Part shown: positions 34,643 to 43,967 of the stretch, one piece after another
How positions within the stretch are numbered: position 1 is the first letter of the stretch
How the letters are laid out: each line of letters starts with the position of its first letter
Assembly: GCA_038065455.1 (NCBI GenBank)
Contig: JBBTQX010000003.1
Location: forward strand, 1 to 64,000
Reading direction: 5' to 3'
Length of the DNA stretch: 64,000 nucleotides
DNA from: Patescibacteria group bacterium
GTDB lineage: Bacteria > Patescibacteriota > Minisyncoccia > UBA6257 > GWB1-50-10
Made by a program: the position numbers and the translations under genes
Notes under the pieces: generated by a model
The model's input: only the letters and a program-made list of their open reading frames with translations
Database searches by the model: none
What the model was told of the DNA's origin: nothing

Positions 34643-34765
34643 CCCGTTAGAGACAGGATGCGCTCAAAAAGCGCATCCGTGATAGATTAGTTAACTCAAC
34701 TTTATTGGATTTCATTGATTGTTTGATGATTATATTTTTCATAAGGTTTATGTCTCTAACGGGAT
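34641..34765. mobile_element. MITE-like element, 125 bp
   Basis: 15-bp perfect TIR ATCCCGTTAGAGACA/TGTCTCTAACGGGAT, internal hairpin GGATGCGCT-CAAAA-AGCGCATCC. Confidence 0.82.
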
Positions 34766-35946
34766 CAATTTTTCAGTATTTTATTATATTCGGCGAGCAT
34801 CGCCTCCGCCACCTTATCCATTGAAAATTCTTTTTGAATCATTTCTCTGCCTTTTGCCTTAAATTGTTTTTTTAGATCTGGGTTTTTTAAAACCTTTAAT
34901 ATCGCTTCCGCAAACTTTTTCTCGTCTTTTTCAATAACCATGCCGGCCCCGTATTTTTCAACATAGGGGCTTATTCCGACTTCGGGTGTAATCACAACCG
35001 CTGTTCCATATGCTCCTTCCATGGCAGCCATGCCGAAATTTTCCGAATAGGACGGCAAAACAAAAACTGAAGAATCGCCGAAAGCAGCTGTTTTTTCGCC
35101 ATCCGCAAGCATCCCTGTAAATACGACGTCTTTTCCATTTTTCAAATCATTCTTCGCTATAAAACCCCGAATTTGTTTCTCATAATTGTCTTCATCGCCG
35201 CCCGCTATGACCAGGATTGCTTTCGGCTCCTCCGCCAAGACCCGCTTGAATGCCGGAATCAAGGTATCAAAACCCTTCTTCCAATTCAAACGGCCGAGAG
35301 AGAGAATAATCTTTCTGTCGGGCGATATCCCGAATTTCTCCCTGGAAAATTTCGGAGCGGATTTTCCGCCAAATTCATCCAACTCAATTCCGTTTGGAAT
35401 TATGAATGAACTTTTGAGCGGCAAGCCGGCCGCCAAGTACTCTTTCTTTTCGGCCTCGGCTGTAAAGTGGATTGCGGCTGCGCCGGCCAAATTTTTCTTC
35501 TCCACCAAATTCAGGTAAAGCCATTTTTTAAAATTGCTTTTTCTGGCCAGCGGCTCTTTCATTAAGCTTCCCCGGGGAGAAATAATATACGGCTTTTTGG
35601 ATTTATTCGCATAACAGGCGCCCAAAGCGGAAGCCGCAAGAAAAACCGAAGTTATATGCACCATATCAAACTCTTTGATATTTTCTTCCAGAGCTTTGCG
35701 CAATGCGCGCGAATAAATCCAAAATCGTGGAAACGAAACGGGAAAATAAAAAACTTTTACTCCGTCTACCGGTATCTCCCGCCCCAACGGAACGTCCAGT
35801 GTTTCGCGCCCATTTATATTCGTGGTGTAGACCGTCACATCCGCTCCTTTTTTCACAAGCCATTTATTCAAAGAATGGACGCTCTGAATCGGCCCGCCGT
35901 AGCCGTATGCGGGCAGATAGCTGGGAACGATATGGAGAATTTTCAT
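34765..35946 (-). CDS. GT4 glycosyltransferase
   Basis: YGGP, SPRG, LGRL..KKG and LPSYSENFG..AME. Confidence 0.9.
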   Translation of the reverse strand: MKILHIVPSYLPAYGYGGPIQSVHSLNKWLVKKGADVTVYTTNINGRETLDVPLGREIPVDGVKVFYFPVSFPRFWIYSRALRKALEENIKEFDMVHITSVFLAASALGACYANKSKKPYIISPRGSLMKEPLARKSNFKKWLYLNLVEKKNLAGAAAIHFTAEAEKKEYLAAGLPLKSSFIIPNGIELDEFGGKSAPKFSREKFGISPDRKIILSLGRLNWKKGFDTLIPAFKRVLAEEPKAILVIAGGDEDNYEKQIRGFIAKNDLKNGKDVVFTGMLADGEKTAAFGDSSVFVLPSYSENFGMAAMEGAYGTAVVITPEVGISPYVEKYGAGMVIEKDEKKFAEAILKVLKNPDLKKQFKAKGREMIQKEFSMDKVAEAMLAEYNKILKN

Positions 35947-36867
35947 TTATTTCCGCTCCGAGGCGTGCTTCAGATCGCCCCAAAAACCCTCCCATTCGCC
36001 GACGCACCTCGCCAATTCCTGGATGAAATAAACCCAAAGAAAAGGGAAAAAATCCTTCAGCTTGTTCTGGGAACGAAGGCTGATTTTTCCGACACGCAAA
36101 GTTGCGGGAATTATCAAAATAAATCTCAATACGAAAACAGCGTCCTTCGCGAGCAATTTAATAAAAAGGTAAAACAAAGAACGCTTATCCATAAAATACT
36201 GCTGGAGGGGGCCGAAGCGCCCGCGCGCCTTCCTTACATACCAGAACTCGCTGAAATTGTCCGGCTGGGGATGCTGAACCACAATCGACGGGTCATAAAC
36301 TTTTTTATACCCGCCTTCGGTCAGCTTTTTCCCCAAAAGCCAGTCCCGGCAGAATCGGACGGGATAGCTCGGACCGAACATCCCCAATTTTATCGCCAAA
36401 TCCTTCCGGACCGAAAACGCCTCGGTATAATACATATCATCGCGCCCTTCATGTTCAAAGATGTGCAGTGCCCCGATAAACCGGGAAAAAACGCTTTCGG
36501 TGCGGGGATTCCGGCAATCCACCAGGACCCAATCGGCGCCCGCGTCGTATTTTTCCTTGAGCCGCTCCAAAAAATCGCGGGGCGGACGCACGTCGGCGTC
36601 GGCTTGGACTATCACGTCCCCCGTCGCCTGCTCTATTCCCAAATTAACCGCTTCGCAGCATCCTTTTCTCGGCCCGTTTATGAGACGCACGCCTCTTGAG
36701 GCGTATTCCTTGATTATTTCCGCCGTCTGGTCGGTTGAATCGTCCACAACCAGGATTTCCTTGTTCGGATAAGACAATCCGATGAAATTTTCCAATGTTT
36801 CGCGAATATCCTTCTCCTCGTTGAAAGAAGGGGTAATAATGCTGAACTTAAGGTCGTTTTTGCCCAT
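35947..36867 (-). CDS. GT2 glycosyltransferase
   Basis: SIITPSFNEE, VVDDSTD and DAD. Confidence 0.88.
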   Translation of the reverse strand: MGKNDLKFSIITPSFNEEKDIRETLENFIGLSYPNKEILVVDDSTDQTAEIIKEYASRGVRLINGPRKGCCEAVNLGIEQATGDVIVQADADVRPPRDFLERLKEKYDAGADWVLVDCRNPRTESVFSRFIGALHIFEHEGRDDMYYTEAFSVRKDLAIKLGMFGPSYPVRFCRDWLLGKKLTEGGYKKVYDPSIVVQHPQPDNFSEFWYVRKARGRFGPLQQYFMDKRSLFYLFIKLLAKDAVFVLRFILIIPATLRVGKISLRSQNKLKDFFPFLWVYFIQELARCVGEWEGFWGDLKHASERK

Positions 36868-37702
36868 TAGGAACCGCTAAAATGTTATGCGACGTTCTTA
36901 TGGTAGGTTCTTCCGTTATTGGCGTCAAATTATTGTCGCCTATGAGATACAAAACATAACCGACTCCGTCAAAAAAACTTTTCGCGTTGCTCCAATTAAA
37001 TCCGGCCTCATTCCAATTATCCCGATTGTATTCAAAAATTACGGCGGGTTTGAATTTTTTTATGCTTTCGGCCGCGCCTTTGATAATCGGAAAATCGCTT
37101 CCCCGCGTGTCTATTTTGACGAGATCCAAGCGGCTCAATTTTTCCTCCGCCGCCAATTTATCCAAAGTCGATACCTGAACCTCAAAAGATTTTTCCAAAT
37201 TATTCAGTTCATATAAGCTGGAAGTTCCTTTATCCAGCATCCGATCGCTGTAGGAAAAAAGATTCGTCTTTCCTTCTTTGTCGGACAAAGCCGATCCGAA
37301 AACTTTTATGTTATTGAAACCATTGAGCCCGATATTATCCGCCAATTTCCCGCGGATATCCGGATGCGGTTCAAAAGCAAGGACTCTTCCTTTTTCGCCG
37401 GCCAATTTGGCCATCGGAAGCGTGTGGGTGCCGATGTAAGCTCCCGCGTCAATCGCGACAAAACCTTCTTTGATGAATTTTTTGAAAATATCGATGACTT
37501 TTTTCTCATACTGTCCGCGAAAAAAAATATCCCACTCCACATACGAGGAGGTATCGATATTGACCAGTAATCCGTCGCCGTATCTTATCGTTCCTTTAAA
37601 ACGGAATTTTTCGGGGTTGAATAGCGCCCTCAATATCCTCTGGGTTCCCCGCGGATGGAATTTCCGGGTAACGGCCGCGAGAATTCTAGCGAATATTTCC
37701 AT
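36848..37702 (-). CDS. FkbM-family methyltransferase
   Basis: IDAGAYIG.HT, VLAFEP, LD, KIDTRGSD (variant) and IFE. Confidence 0.88.
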   Translation of the reverse strand: MEIFARILAAVTRKFHPRGTQRILRALFNPEKFRFKGTIRYGDGLLVNIDTSSYVEWDIFFRGQYEKKVIDIFKKFIKEGFVAIDAGAYIGTHTLPMAKLAGEKGRVLAFEPHPDIRGKLADNIGLNGFNNIKVFGSALSDKEGKTNLFSYSDRMLDKGTSSLYELNNLEKSFEVQVSTLDKLAAEEKLSRLDLVKIDTRGSDFPIIKGAAESIKKFKPAVIFEYNRDNWNEAGFNWSNAKSFFDGVGYVLYLIGDNNLTPITEEPTIRTSHNILAVPNGQKRP

Positions 37703-38807
37703 AAATTTCTTTCAGGGATGATACGACATAGTTAAGCTCTTCTTCTGACATAATGGGGCCGCTCGGCAGATAAAAGCCGTTCTTGCCCGTCCGATTCGCC
37801 GCCGGGCAATCGCCTTCTTTAGTCCAGCCCTGTTTTATGAAAATTTCTTGCATATTAGCCGGAATGAACGCTTCGCGCGTCTCAATACCTTTATCTTTCA
37901 ACGCTTCCATTACCTCTTTACGCTTGCCTTCCAACTTTCCTTTTAATTCCACGTGAAACATCCAATAAACGTTTTTCGCGTAGGACTTTTCAATAGGCAG
38001 CCGGATATCGGCCAAATCTTTCAGATTTTTCAGATAAAAATCGGCTATTTCCCTCTTCTTCCGAATAACCGTTTCGATATTCTTCAACTGGGCGCAACCC
38101 AAAGCCGCCTGAATATTGGTCAGGCGGTAATTGAAGCCCACTTCGGCGTGCATGAATTTATTCCCGCTTCCGTAAGCCAGCGATTTCAGCGACCTCGCGC
38201 GGTCCGCATATTCTTTCTTATTCGTTATGAGCATTCCCCCTTCGCCGGTCGTGATTATCTTGTTCGCATAAAAACTGAAGACGCCGATATCGCCGAGAGA
38301 GCCGGCTTTCTTTCCATTGTATTCCGCGCCGTGAGCTTCGGCCGCGTCTTCAATGACGAAAAGATTGTGTTTTTTGGCAATGGCCAATATCGGGTCCATA
38401 TCCGCCGGATGGCCATAAATATGCACCGCCATAATGGCTTTGGTCCGAGAATTAACCTTCGCTTCAATAAGCAACGGATCCAAATTCCAGGTGTCGGGCT
38501 CAATATCTATCGGCACCGGTTTCGCGCCCGTATACAGAACCGCGAAGAAGCTCGCCATATTGGTAAACGTGGAAACCAAAACTTCGTCGCCGGGACCGAT
38601 TTTTAGGGTCGCAAGCGCCAAATGGAGCGCTGTCGTGCCATTTGAAGCGGTTACCCCGTAAGAGCAGCCGGAATACCCGGCGAATCCGTTTTCAAATTCG
38701 CCGATGAATTTTCCGAAATTGCCGGAAATTTCCCCGGAATCGAGGGCTGCCATCACCGATTTTTTCTCTTCCTCGCCGATTAGCGGCCTAGAAACTGGTA
38801 TATGCAT
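37686..38807 (-). CDS. DegT/DnrJ/EryC1/StrS aminotransferase (perosamine synthase-like)
   Basis: SNGTTALHLAL, VHIYGHP, IEDAAEAHG, FSFYANKIITTGEGG and GFNYRLTNIQAA. Confidence 0.92.
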   Translation of the reverse strand: MHIPVSRPLIGEEEKKSVMAALDSGEISGNFGKFIGEFENGFAGYSGCSYGVTASNGTTALHLALATLKIGPGDEVLVSTFTNMASFFAVLYTGAKPVPIDIEPDTWNLDPLLIEAKVNSRTKAIMAVHIYGHPADMDPILAIAKKHNLFVIEDAAEAHGAEYNGKKAGSLGDIGVFSFYANKIITTGEGGMLITNKKEYADRARSLKSLAYGSGNKFMHAEVGFNYRLTNIQAALGCAQLKNIETVIRKKREIADFYLKNLKDLADIRLPIEKSYAKNVYWMFHVELKGKLEGKRKEVMEALKDKGIETREAFIPANMQEIFIKQGWTKEGDCPAANRTGKNGFYLPSGPIMSEEELNYVVSSLKEIYGNIR

Positions 38808-38829
38808 CGCTTCTGATTATACCTCAATA

Positions 38830-40611
38830 TCACTTGGATACCACATAATTTCCCAAAACCAAAATATCGATTTCGCTTCTCCTGAAAGTCGAGTAAGCGT
38901 CTGCCGGCGTATTCACTATCGGTTCGCCTTTCAGATTGAACGACGTGTTGAGAATCAAAGGCACGCCGGTTTTTTCATAAAACGCTTTTATTAATTTGTG
39001 ATAGCGGGGCGATTCTTCCGCAAATACGGTCTGCGGCCGGGCTGTTCCATCCACGTGCGTGATTGCCGGAATTATCGATTGCTTTTCCTTCCTGACATTC
39101 ACGACATAAAGCATAAACCGGGCCGGCAGATGGGTTTCCGCTTCGGGCAGTTCAAAAAAATCATTCGCCTTATCTCCGAGAACCGAGGGAGCGAATGGTC
39201 GGTATGGTTCGCGGAATTTTATCTTGGTGTTCACGATATCTTTCATATCCGCCCGCCGGGGGTCGGCGATAATCGAACGGCTGCCGAGCGCGCGCGGACC
39301 CCATTCGAAACGGCCGTTAAACCAGCCGACGACTTTGCCTTCGGTAATGGCGCCCACGACGGCGCCGATCAGTTCGTTTTCATTATTGAAATAGCGATGA
39401 GCGATTTTTTCTCCGTCCAAAAAACCTTTAATCTCGGCATCGGAGTACTCGGCGCCGAAATAAGCGTGCCTCATCACGTATTTCCTGGGAGCGCCGAAAA
39501 TTTGGTGTTCAACGAGCAAAGCCGAACCCAGGGCGCCGCCGGCATCGCCGGCCGCAGGCTGGATGAACATGTTTTTGAAAGGAGATTGCTTCAGCATCTT
39601 CCAATTCGCCACCGAATTCAGCCCGACACCGCCGGCCAGGCAAAGATAATCGCAGCCGGTCAATTTATGCGCCTCATTCGCGAGCCTTATGACCGCTTCC
39701 TCGTGGATTGCCTGAAGCGATGCGGCAACATCGGCATAATATTCCTGTTCCAAGGCGATTTTTTCGTATTCTTCCCCTTCCGGCTTGGGCCCGAAATAGG
39801 AAGGCCAGCCGGTTTCACGGGTAAAAAATTTTGATTTTGGGTCGCGCGGCTTTCCGAAAAGCCCGGTGAATTTATCGGAATAACTCCGACTAAGCGAGTG
39901 ATGGAAGCTGAAATAACTTAAATCGAGTTCATACGAACCGTCGTCAAAAAATTTTATCATTTTTCTAACCTTATCCGCGTATTTTGGCTTGCCGTAAGGC
40001 GCCATACCCATCACTTTGTATTCGCCTTCGTTGACCTCAAAACCGAGAAAGGCGGTAAAGGCCGAGTAAAGGAGGCCGAGCGAGTGGGGAAAGCGAATCT
40101 CCTTCAATATCCTGATCTTGGTGCCCTCTCCGATTCCAATCGTGGTCACCGCCCATTCGCCGACTCCGTCTATCGTGATAACAGCCGCCTTTTCATAAGG
40201 CGAGGAAAAGAAGGCCGATGCGCCGTGAGCCAAATGATGTTCGGCAAAGAGAATTTTTTCGGGAGCGACATCCAGCTCTTTGGCAATAAGACTGCGAACC
40301 CACAACTTGCTCAAAAAAAGATGTTTTATGGATTCTTTGAAGACAAGGGGGGCGAACGGGAAAGTTGCCAGATTGTTTTTGAATATCCTTTCGAACTTCA
40401 AGAAGGGCTTTTCGTAGAAAATCACGTAATCCAAGTCGCGGACGTCCAGATTTCCCTCTTTAAGGACGAATTTGATGGCTTCCTTGGGAAAAGCGGAATC
40501 GTTTTTCTTCCTTGAAAAGCGCTCTTCCTCGGCCATTGCGACCGGCCGGCCGTCAACCAAAAGGACGGCGGCGGAATCGTGGTAAAAGAAGGATAATCCG
40601 AGGACTTTCAT
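38830..40611 (-). CDS. Carbamoyltransferase (NodU/CmcH family)
   Basis: HDSAA, EEER, EHH.AH, DGVGE, EYKVMG, GGVGLN, GPRALG.RS, KFRE.YRPFAP and NTSFN. Confidence 0.95.
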   Translation of the reverse strand: MKVLGLSFFYHDSAAVLLVDGRPVAMAEEERFSRKKNDSAFPKEAIKFVLKEGNLDVRDLDYVIFYEKPFLKFERIFKNNLATFPFAPLVFKESIKHLFLSKLWVRSLIAKELDVAPEKILFAEHHLAHGASAFFSSPYEKAAVITIDGVGEWAVTTIGIGEGTKIRILKEIRFPHSLGLLYSAFTAFLGFEVNEGEYKVMGMAPYGKPKYADKVRKMIKFFDDGSYELDLSYFSFHHSLSRSYSDKFTGLFGKPRDPKSKFFTRETGWPSYFGPKPEGEEYEKIALEQEYYADVAASLQAIHEEAVIRLANEAHKLTGCDYLCLAGGVGLNSVANWKMLKQSPFKNMFIQPAAGDAGGALGSALLVEHQIFGAPRKYVMRHAYFGAEYSDAEIKGFLDGEKIAHRYFNNENELIGAVVGAITEGKVVGWFNGRFEWGPRALGSRSIIADPRRADMKDIVNTKIKFREPYRPFAPSVLGDKANDFFELPEAETHLPARFMLYVVNVRKEKQSIIPAITHVDGTARPQTVFAEESPRYHKLIKAFYEKTGVPLILNTSFNLKGEPIVNTPADAYSTFRRSEIDILVLGNYVVSK

Positions 40612-40617
40612 GGTTGG

Positions 40618-40854
40618 TTAAAATTCATTCTCAAAATCCTTGAGAATGGTGGGGGTTTTTTCTTTCTTTATCCAATTGGATGTTTTGGATTGGACAGCCA
40701 GCGGATTTTTACCGAAGAGCCTGAAGGGCAAGGCAAAAAGGGCAAAAATCGTGAAATAAAAAAAAACCAATACTACGCCAGAAACGAAGTTCCCGATAAT
40801 CAGGCCGAACTTCATCCAACCGTCAAAAATCTTCTTGAAAATCCCGCGATTCAT
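40618..40854 (-). CDS. SxtJ-like small membrane protein
   Basis: GWMKFG..IG pattern with one TM, adjacent to the carbamoyltransferase. Confidence 0.65.
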   Translation of the reverse strand: MNRGIFKKIFDGWMKFGLIIGNFVSGVVLVFFYFTIFALFALPFRLFGKNPLAVQSKTSNWIKKEKTPTILKDFENEF

Positions 40855-40855
40855 C

Positions 40856-41065
40856 TCAGAAAATAGTGTAGATGAACGGCCCGAGAGGCGAACTCTGCGC
40901 GAAGATTATAATAAGGAAAAAGACGACAATAAGCGCAACCATGGGAATCAGCCACCACATCTTGTTCTGCCAAAGAAATTGGAAAAGCCGGCCCACAATC
41001 CCGAAACGGATGGAAATCGTCCGCCGGATACCCGATAACTTTTCAGAGATATTCATGATTTCCAT
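40856..41065 (-). CDS. DUF5989 / SxtK-like small membrane protein
   Basis: FLWQNKMWWLIP...SSPLGPFIYTIF signature. Confidence 0.85.
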   Translation of the reverse strand: MEIMNISEKLSGIRRTISIRFGIVGRLFQFLWQNKMWWLIPMVALIVVFFLIIIFAQSSPLGPFIYTIF

Positions 41066-42261
41066 TATAACCCCGATTTGGGACCGTTGAAAAGCCGCTC
41101 GACTTCTTCGGCAATCGATTCAGCCATGGCCTCGTAGCCGATAGCGAACGGATGACTGTCCAAATAATTATTGAAAATCGGATTCTTTTTATCCCCAATC
41201 TTTTCGACCATAGAAGATCTAACATCAACTGTCGGCACATTCAATTGTTTGAAAAAATCCGTAAACATTTTTTGCACCTCTTCGTGGAAGGCGATATTCC
41301 GTTTGTAATTCTCGGGAATCGCATATCCTTTTGAAACCAGATAATCTTCCAAAACATCCGGCTTATCAGGAATGAAGACTATCAGCAGCTCCGCGCCGGC
41401 CGCTTTTATCTTTTTGGCCGTCTCACCCAAGAAATACTTCGCTAATTCGGCGCCTCTTTTTATGTTCGGCGAATCGAAGCCAATCTTCGCACCCGGTTCT
41501 CCAATGGAAAAGATTGTATTTATCACGCCATTGTTAACCACAAAAAACTCATTCGGACTTTCTTCCGCCCATTTCAAATCCCGTCTGTGGGAAATGAAAT
41601 TACTAACGGCGGGCACCTGTTTTAAAAGCATCAGAAAGCTGGAATCCCTCGCCGAATCCCTCAATCGTTCCAATAAATTTCTCTTCGGAACAATGGAATT
41701 CGGCGGAAGTAAAACATCCAGACTCTTCAGGCAATCTTCCACATCCAACCCTTTTTCCTTCGCGAAATTTTTCCAATAATCCAGCGCGAACATCCGACAG
41801 GCATCGCTCATGTCGTTTGCGGCGTAAAAGCCGAGAATGACGAGCTTGGGACGCATTGAGAGGGCTTTATCCGCCAGGTAATAGTATTGGACTGGTCCGT
41901 AGCCGCCCATACCCATATTGTAGACCGAGCGCCCCGTCAGCTTTTCCAGTTTACTGGGCCAGGAATCAGCGCTCAAAGCGTTAAAGCCGTAAGTTTGAGA
42001 ATCGCCTAGAGTCACGATATCGGCACTTTCGGGAACACCTGGATTCCGGAAGCCGTTCGCATCCGTATCTTCGAAACTATGGGGCGGAAGCGCGTATCCG
42101 AGAATGTCGTGGTAGACGCCGTTCGGCGACATCGTCCGGTAAGCCGGAATGATTTTCAGCCGGACCGCCGCGGTCGTCAAAAATTCCAAAAACAAAAAAC
42201 CGACGGCTAAGCCGACGATAAGCAGAATTATTTTTGCCCCGAACGTTTTCAAATTGCCCAC
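41065..42261 (-). CDS. SGNH/GDSL-type hydrolase/acyltransferase, membrane-anchored
   Basis: GFR, LGDSQTYG, NMGMGGYG, ND and DSHP motifs. Confidence 0.82.
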   Translation of the reverse strand: MGNLKTFGAKIILLIVGLAVGFLFLEFLTTAAVRLKIIPAYRTMSPNGVYHDILGYALPPHSFEDTDANGFRNPGVPESADIVTLGDSQTYGFNALSADSWPSKLEKLTGRSVYNMGMGGYGPVQYYYLADKALSMRPKLVILGFYAANDMSDACRMFALDYWKNFAKEKGLDVEDCLKSLDVLLPPNSIVPKRNLLERLRDSARDSSFLMLLKQVPAVSNFISHRRDLKWAEESPNEFFVVNNGVINTIFSIGEPGAKIGFDSPNIKRGAELAKYFLGETAKKIKAAGAELLIVFIPDKPDVLEDYLVSKGYAIPENYKRNIAFHEEVQKMFTDFFKQLNVPTVDVRSSMVEKIGDKKNPIFNNYLDSHPFAIGYEAMAESIAEEVERLFNGPKSGL

Positions 42262-42269
42262 GGAAAAAT

Positions 42270-42923
42270 CTATTTTCTACCGACTATAATGACATTCTGA
42301 GTAAAAATTCCGGCCGAGCTGCCCGTTTCAATCAAGCGATAGAGTTTCAATCCAATTTCAATTATCCGCCAGAGGCAATGACGGATGAAGGATTTCATCC
42401 CGTGGACCACCGGCCGAACCGGATAAGCCCCCGGCTCGCGGAAACCGATTCCCGAAAGAGCGGTCTTAATGCTCTGTTCCGTAATATCCACTCTCTCCCC
42501 GAAGTGCGCGTTCCTCAGCCGACCCACCGGACTTTCGGCATTGACGCCGCGAATAACCACGATACCGTCCTTCTTCAGCGATTTGAAAATTTCTTCCAAA
42601 AGATTGAGAGTTTCTTCTTTCGTCAAATAATCCAAAACATCTACCAAAAAAACTCGGTCATAGTAATCGTTCTTATTTTTGAGAAAACTCAGAGCATCTC
42701 CGTGATGGATATTTTTAACACCCAAGCCGGTACCTTCGTCTATTTTTTCCCGATTAATATCGATGCCTTCCGTATTTGAATAACCCTTATTTTGAAGCCA
42801 ATTAACCATTCCTCCGCGGCCGCAACCCGCGTCTAATATTATTGCCGACTTATCTTTCGGCAGAAATCGGCCGTACCAACCGTGCCAAACCGGAAATTGA
42901 TTTTTAATATCCTTTAGATTCAT
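42270..42923 (-). CDS. Class I SAM-dependent methyltransferase
   Basis: ILDAGCGRG, GID and LKKDG. Confidence 0.85.
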   Translation of the reverse strand: MNLKDIKNQFPVWHGWYGRFLPKDKSAIILDAGCGRGGMVNWLQNKGYSNTEGIDINREKIDEGTGLGVKNIHHGDALSFLKNKNDYYDRVFLVDVLDYLTKEETLNLLEEIFKSLKKDGIVVIRGVNAESPVGRLRNAHFGERVDITEQSIKTALSGIGFREPGAYPVRPVVHGMKSFIRHCLWRIIEIGLKLYRLIETGSSAGIFTQNVIIVGRK

Positions 42924-43003
42924 ATGTAAAATGTATACATCAACTTTTCCATCCGGTCAAATACCTTGAAAAAATAATTAAAAGGCTTACAATCAAAAAT
43001 AAT

Positions 43004-43960
43004 ATGAATGAGGAAATTAGAGGGAAAAAGGTCTGTGTTATCGGGGGCGCCGGTTTTTTGGGCAGTCATCTCGTGGATCATCTCGTGGACGAAAAGAACT
43101 GCGAAGTGCTGGTCTTGGACAATCTCATCTCGGGACTCAAAAAATATATCAACAAAAAGGCGGAGTTCGCCTGGTATGACATCCGCGACGACGAACACGA
43201 GCTTATCGGAATTTTGAAAAGCCATCAAATCGAGTACGTTTTCAATTATGCCGCGGAACCCTACATCCCGGAGGGTTTCGAACGGCCGAAGCATTTCTTC
43301 ATCATCAATGCGCTCGCCGTCCTCAATGTCTTGAATGCCTGCCAAAAAGCCGGCGTGAAAAAAGTTTTACAGGTAAGTTCCGCCGAGATCTACGGCGATA
43401 TGAAGGGTAAAATCAAGGAAAGTGATATGGTGGTCGCCCACTCCACCTACGGTGTTTCAAAAATGGCGGCGGACGGCCTGGTGCAGGTGCGCTGGCGCGA
43501 AGCCCAAGTGCCGGGGATCGCAATGCGCCAATTCAATTGCGTGGGCGAACGGGAAACGCACGAATACGTGATTCCCGAAATAATCAGCCAACTGGCCCAG
43601 GGCCCCATAGTCCATTTGGGCAACAACAGCTTCCGCGACTTCCAATACGCCGGCGACGCCGTCCGAATGGCCGTGGAACTCCTTGAAAAAGGCGAACCCG
43701 GCGAAGTTTACAATATGGGCTCGGAAGAAGGCATTCAAATATACGACTTGGCGCATTTGATAGGAAAACTGATGGGCCACGAAAAAATCGAGATTGTAAC
43801 CGAACAAAAAAGAGTGAGACCGTGGGAAATTTGGCATCTTCAATCGGACAACACAAAACTTTATTCCATTATTTCCTACCGCCCGAAAGTGAAGCTTGAA
43901 CAGGCACTCGAAAAGACCATTAAATATTTCCGCGAAAACGGAAAGAAATGGGATTTCTAA
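43004..43960 (+). CDS. NAD-dependent epimerase/dehydratase
   Basis: GGAGFLG, SSAEIYG, YGVSK and RDF.Y. Confidence 0.9.
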   Translation: MNEEIRGKKVCVIGGAGFLGSHLVDHLVDEKNCEVLVLDNLISGLKKYINKKAEFAWYDIRDDEHELIGILKSHQIEYVFNYAAEPYIPEGFERPKHFFIINALAVLNVLNACQKAGVKKVLQVSSAEIYGDMKGKIKESDMVVAHSTYGVSKMAADGLVQVRWREAQVPGIAMRQFNCVGERETHEYVIPEIISQLAQGPIVHLGNNSFRDFQYAGDAVRMAVELLEKGEPGEVYNMGSEEGIQIYDLAHLIGKLMGHEKIEIVTEQKRVRPWEIWHLQSDNTKLYSIISYRPKVKLEQALEKTIKYFRENGKKWDF

Positions 43961-43967
43961 CCGTTCA

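Noticed and set aside
38830-42261. Saxitoxin or antibiotic biosynthetic cluster
   Set aside because: No sxtA-like PKS, amidinotransferase or NRPS is present; the context is flippases and glycosyltransferases.
43004-43960. Invertible segment (single + strand gene within a minus-strand operon)
   Set aside because: No flanking inverted repeats or recombinase were seen.
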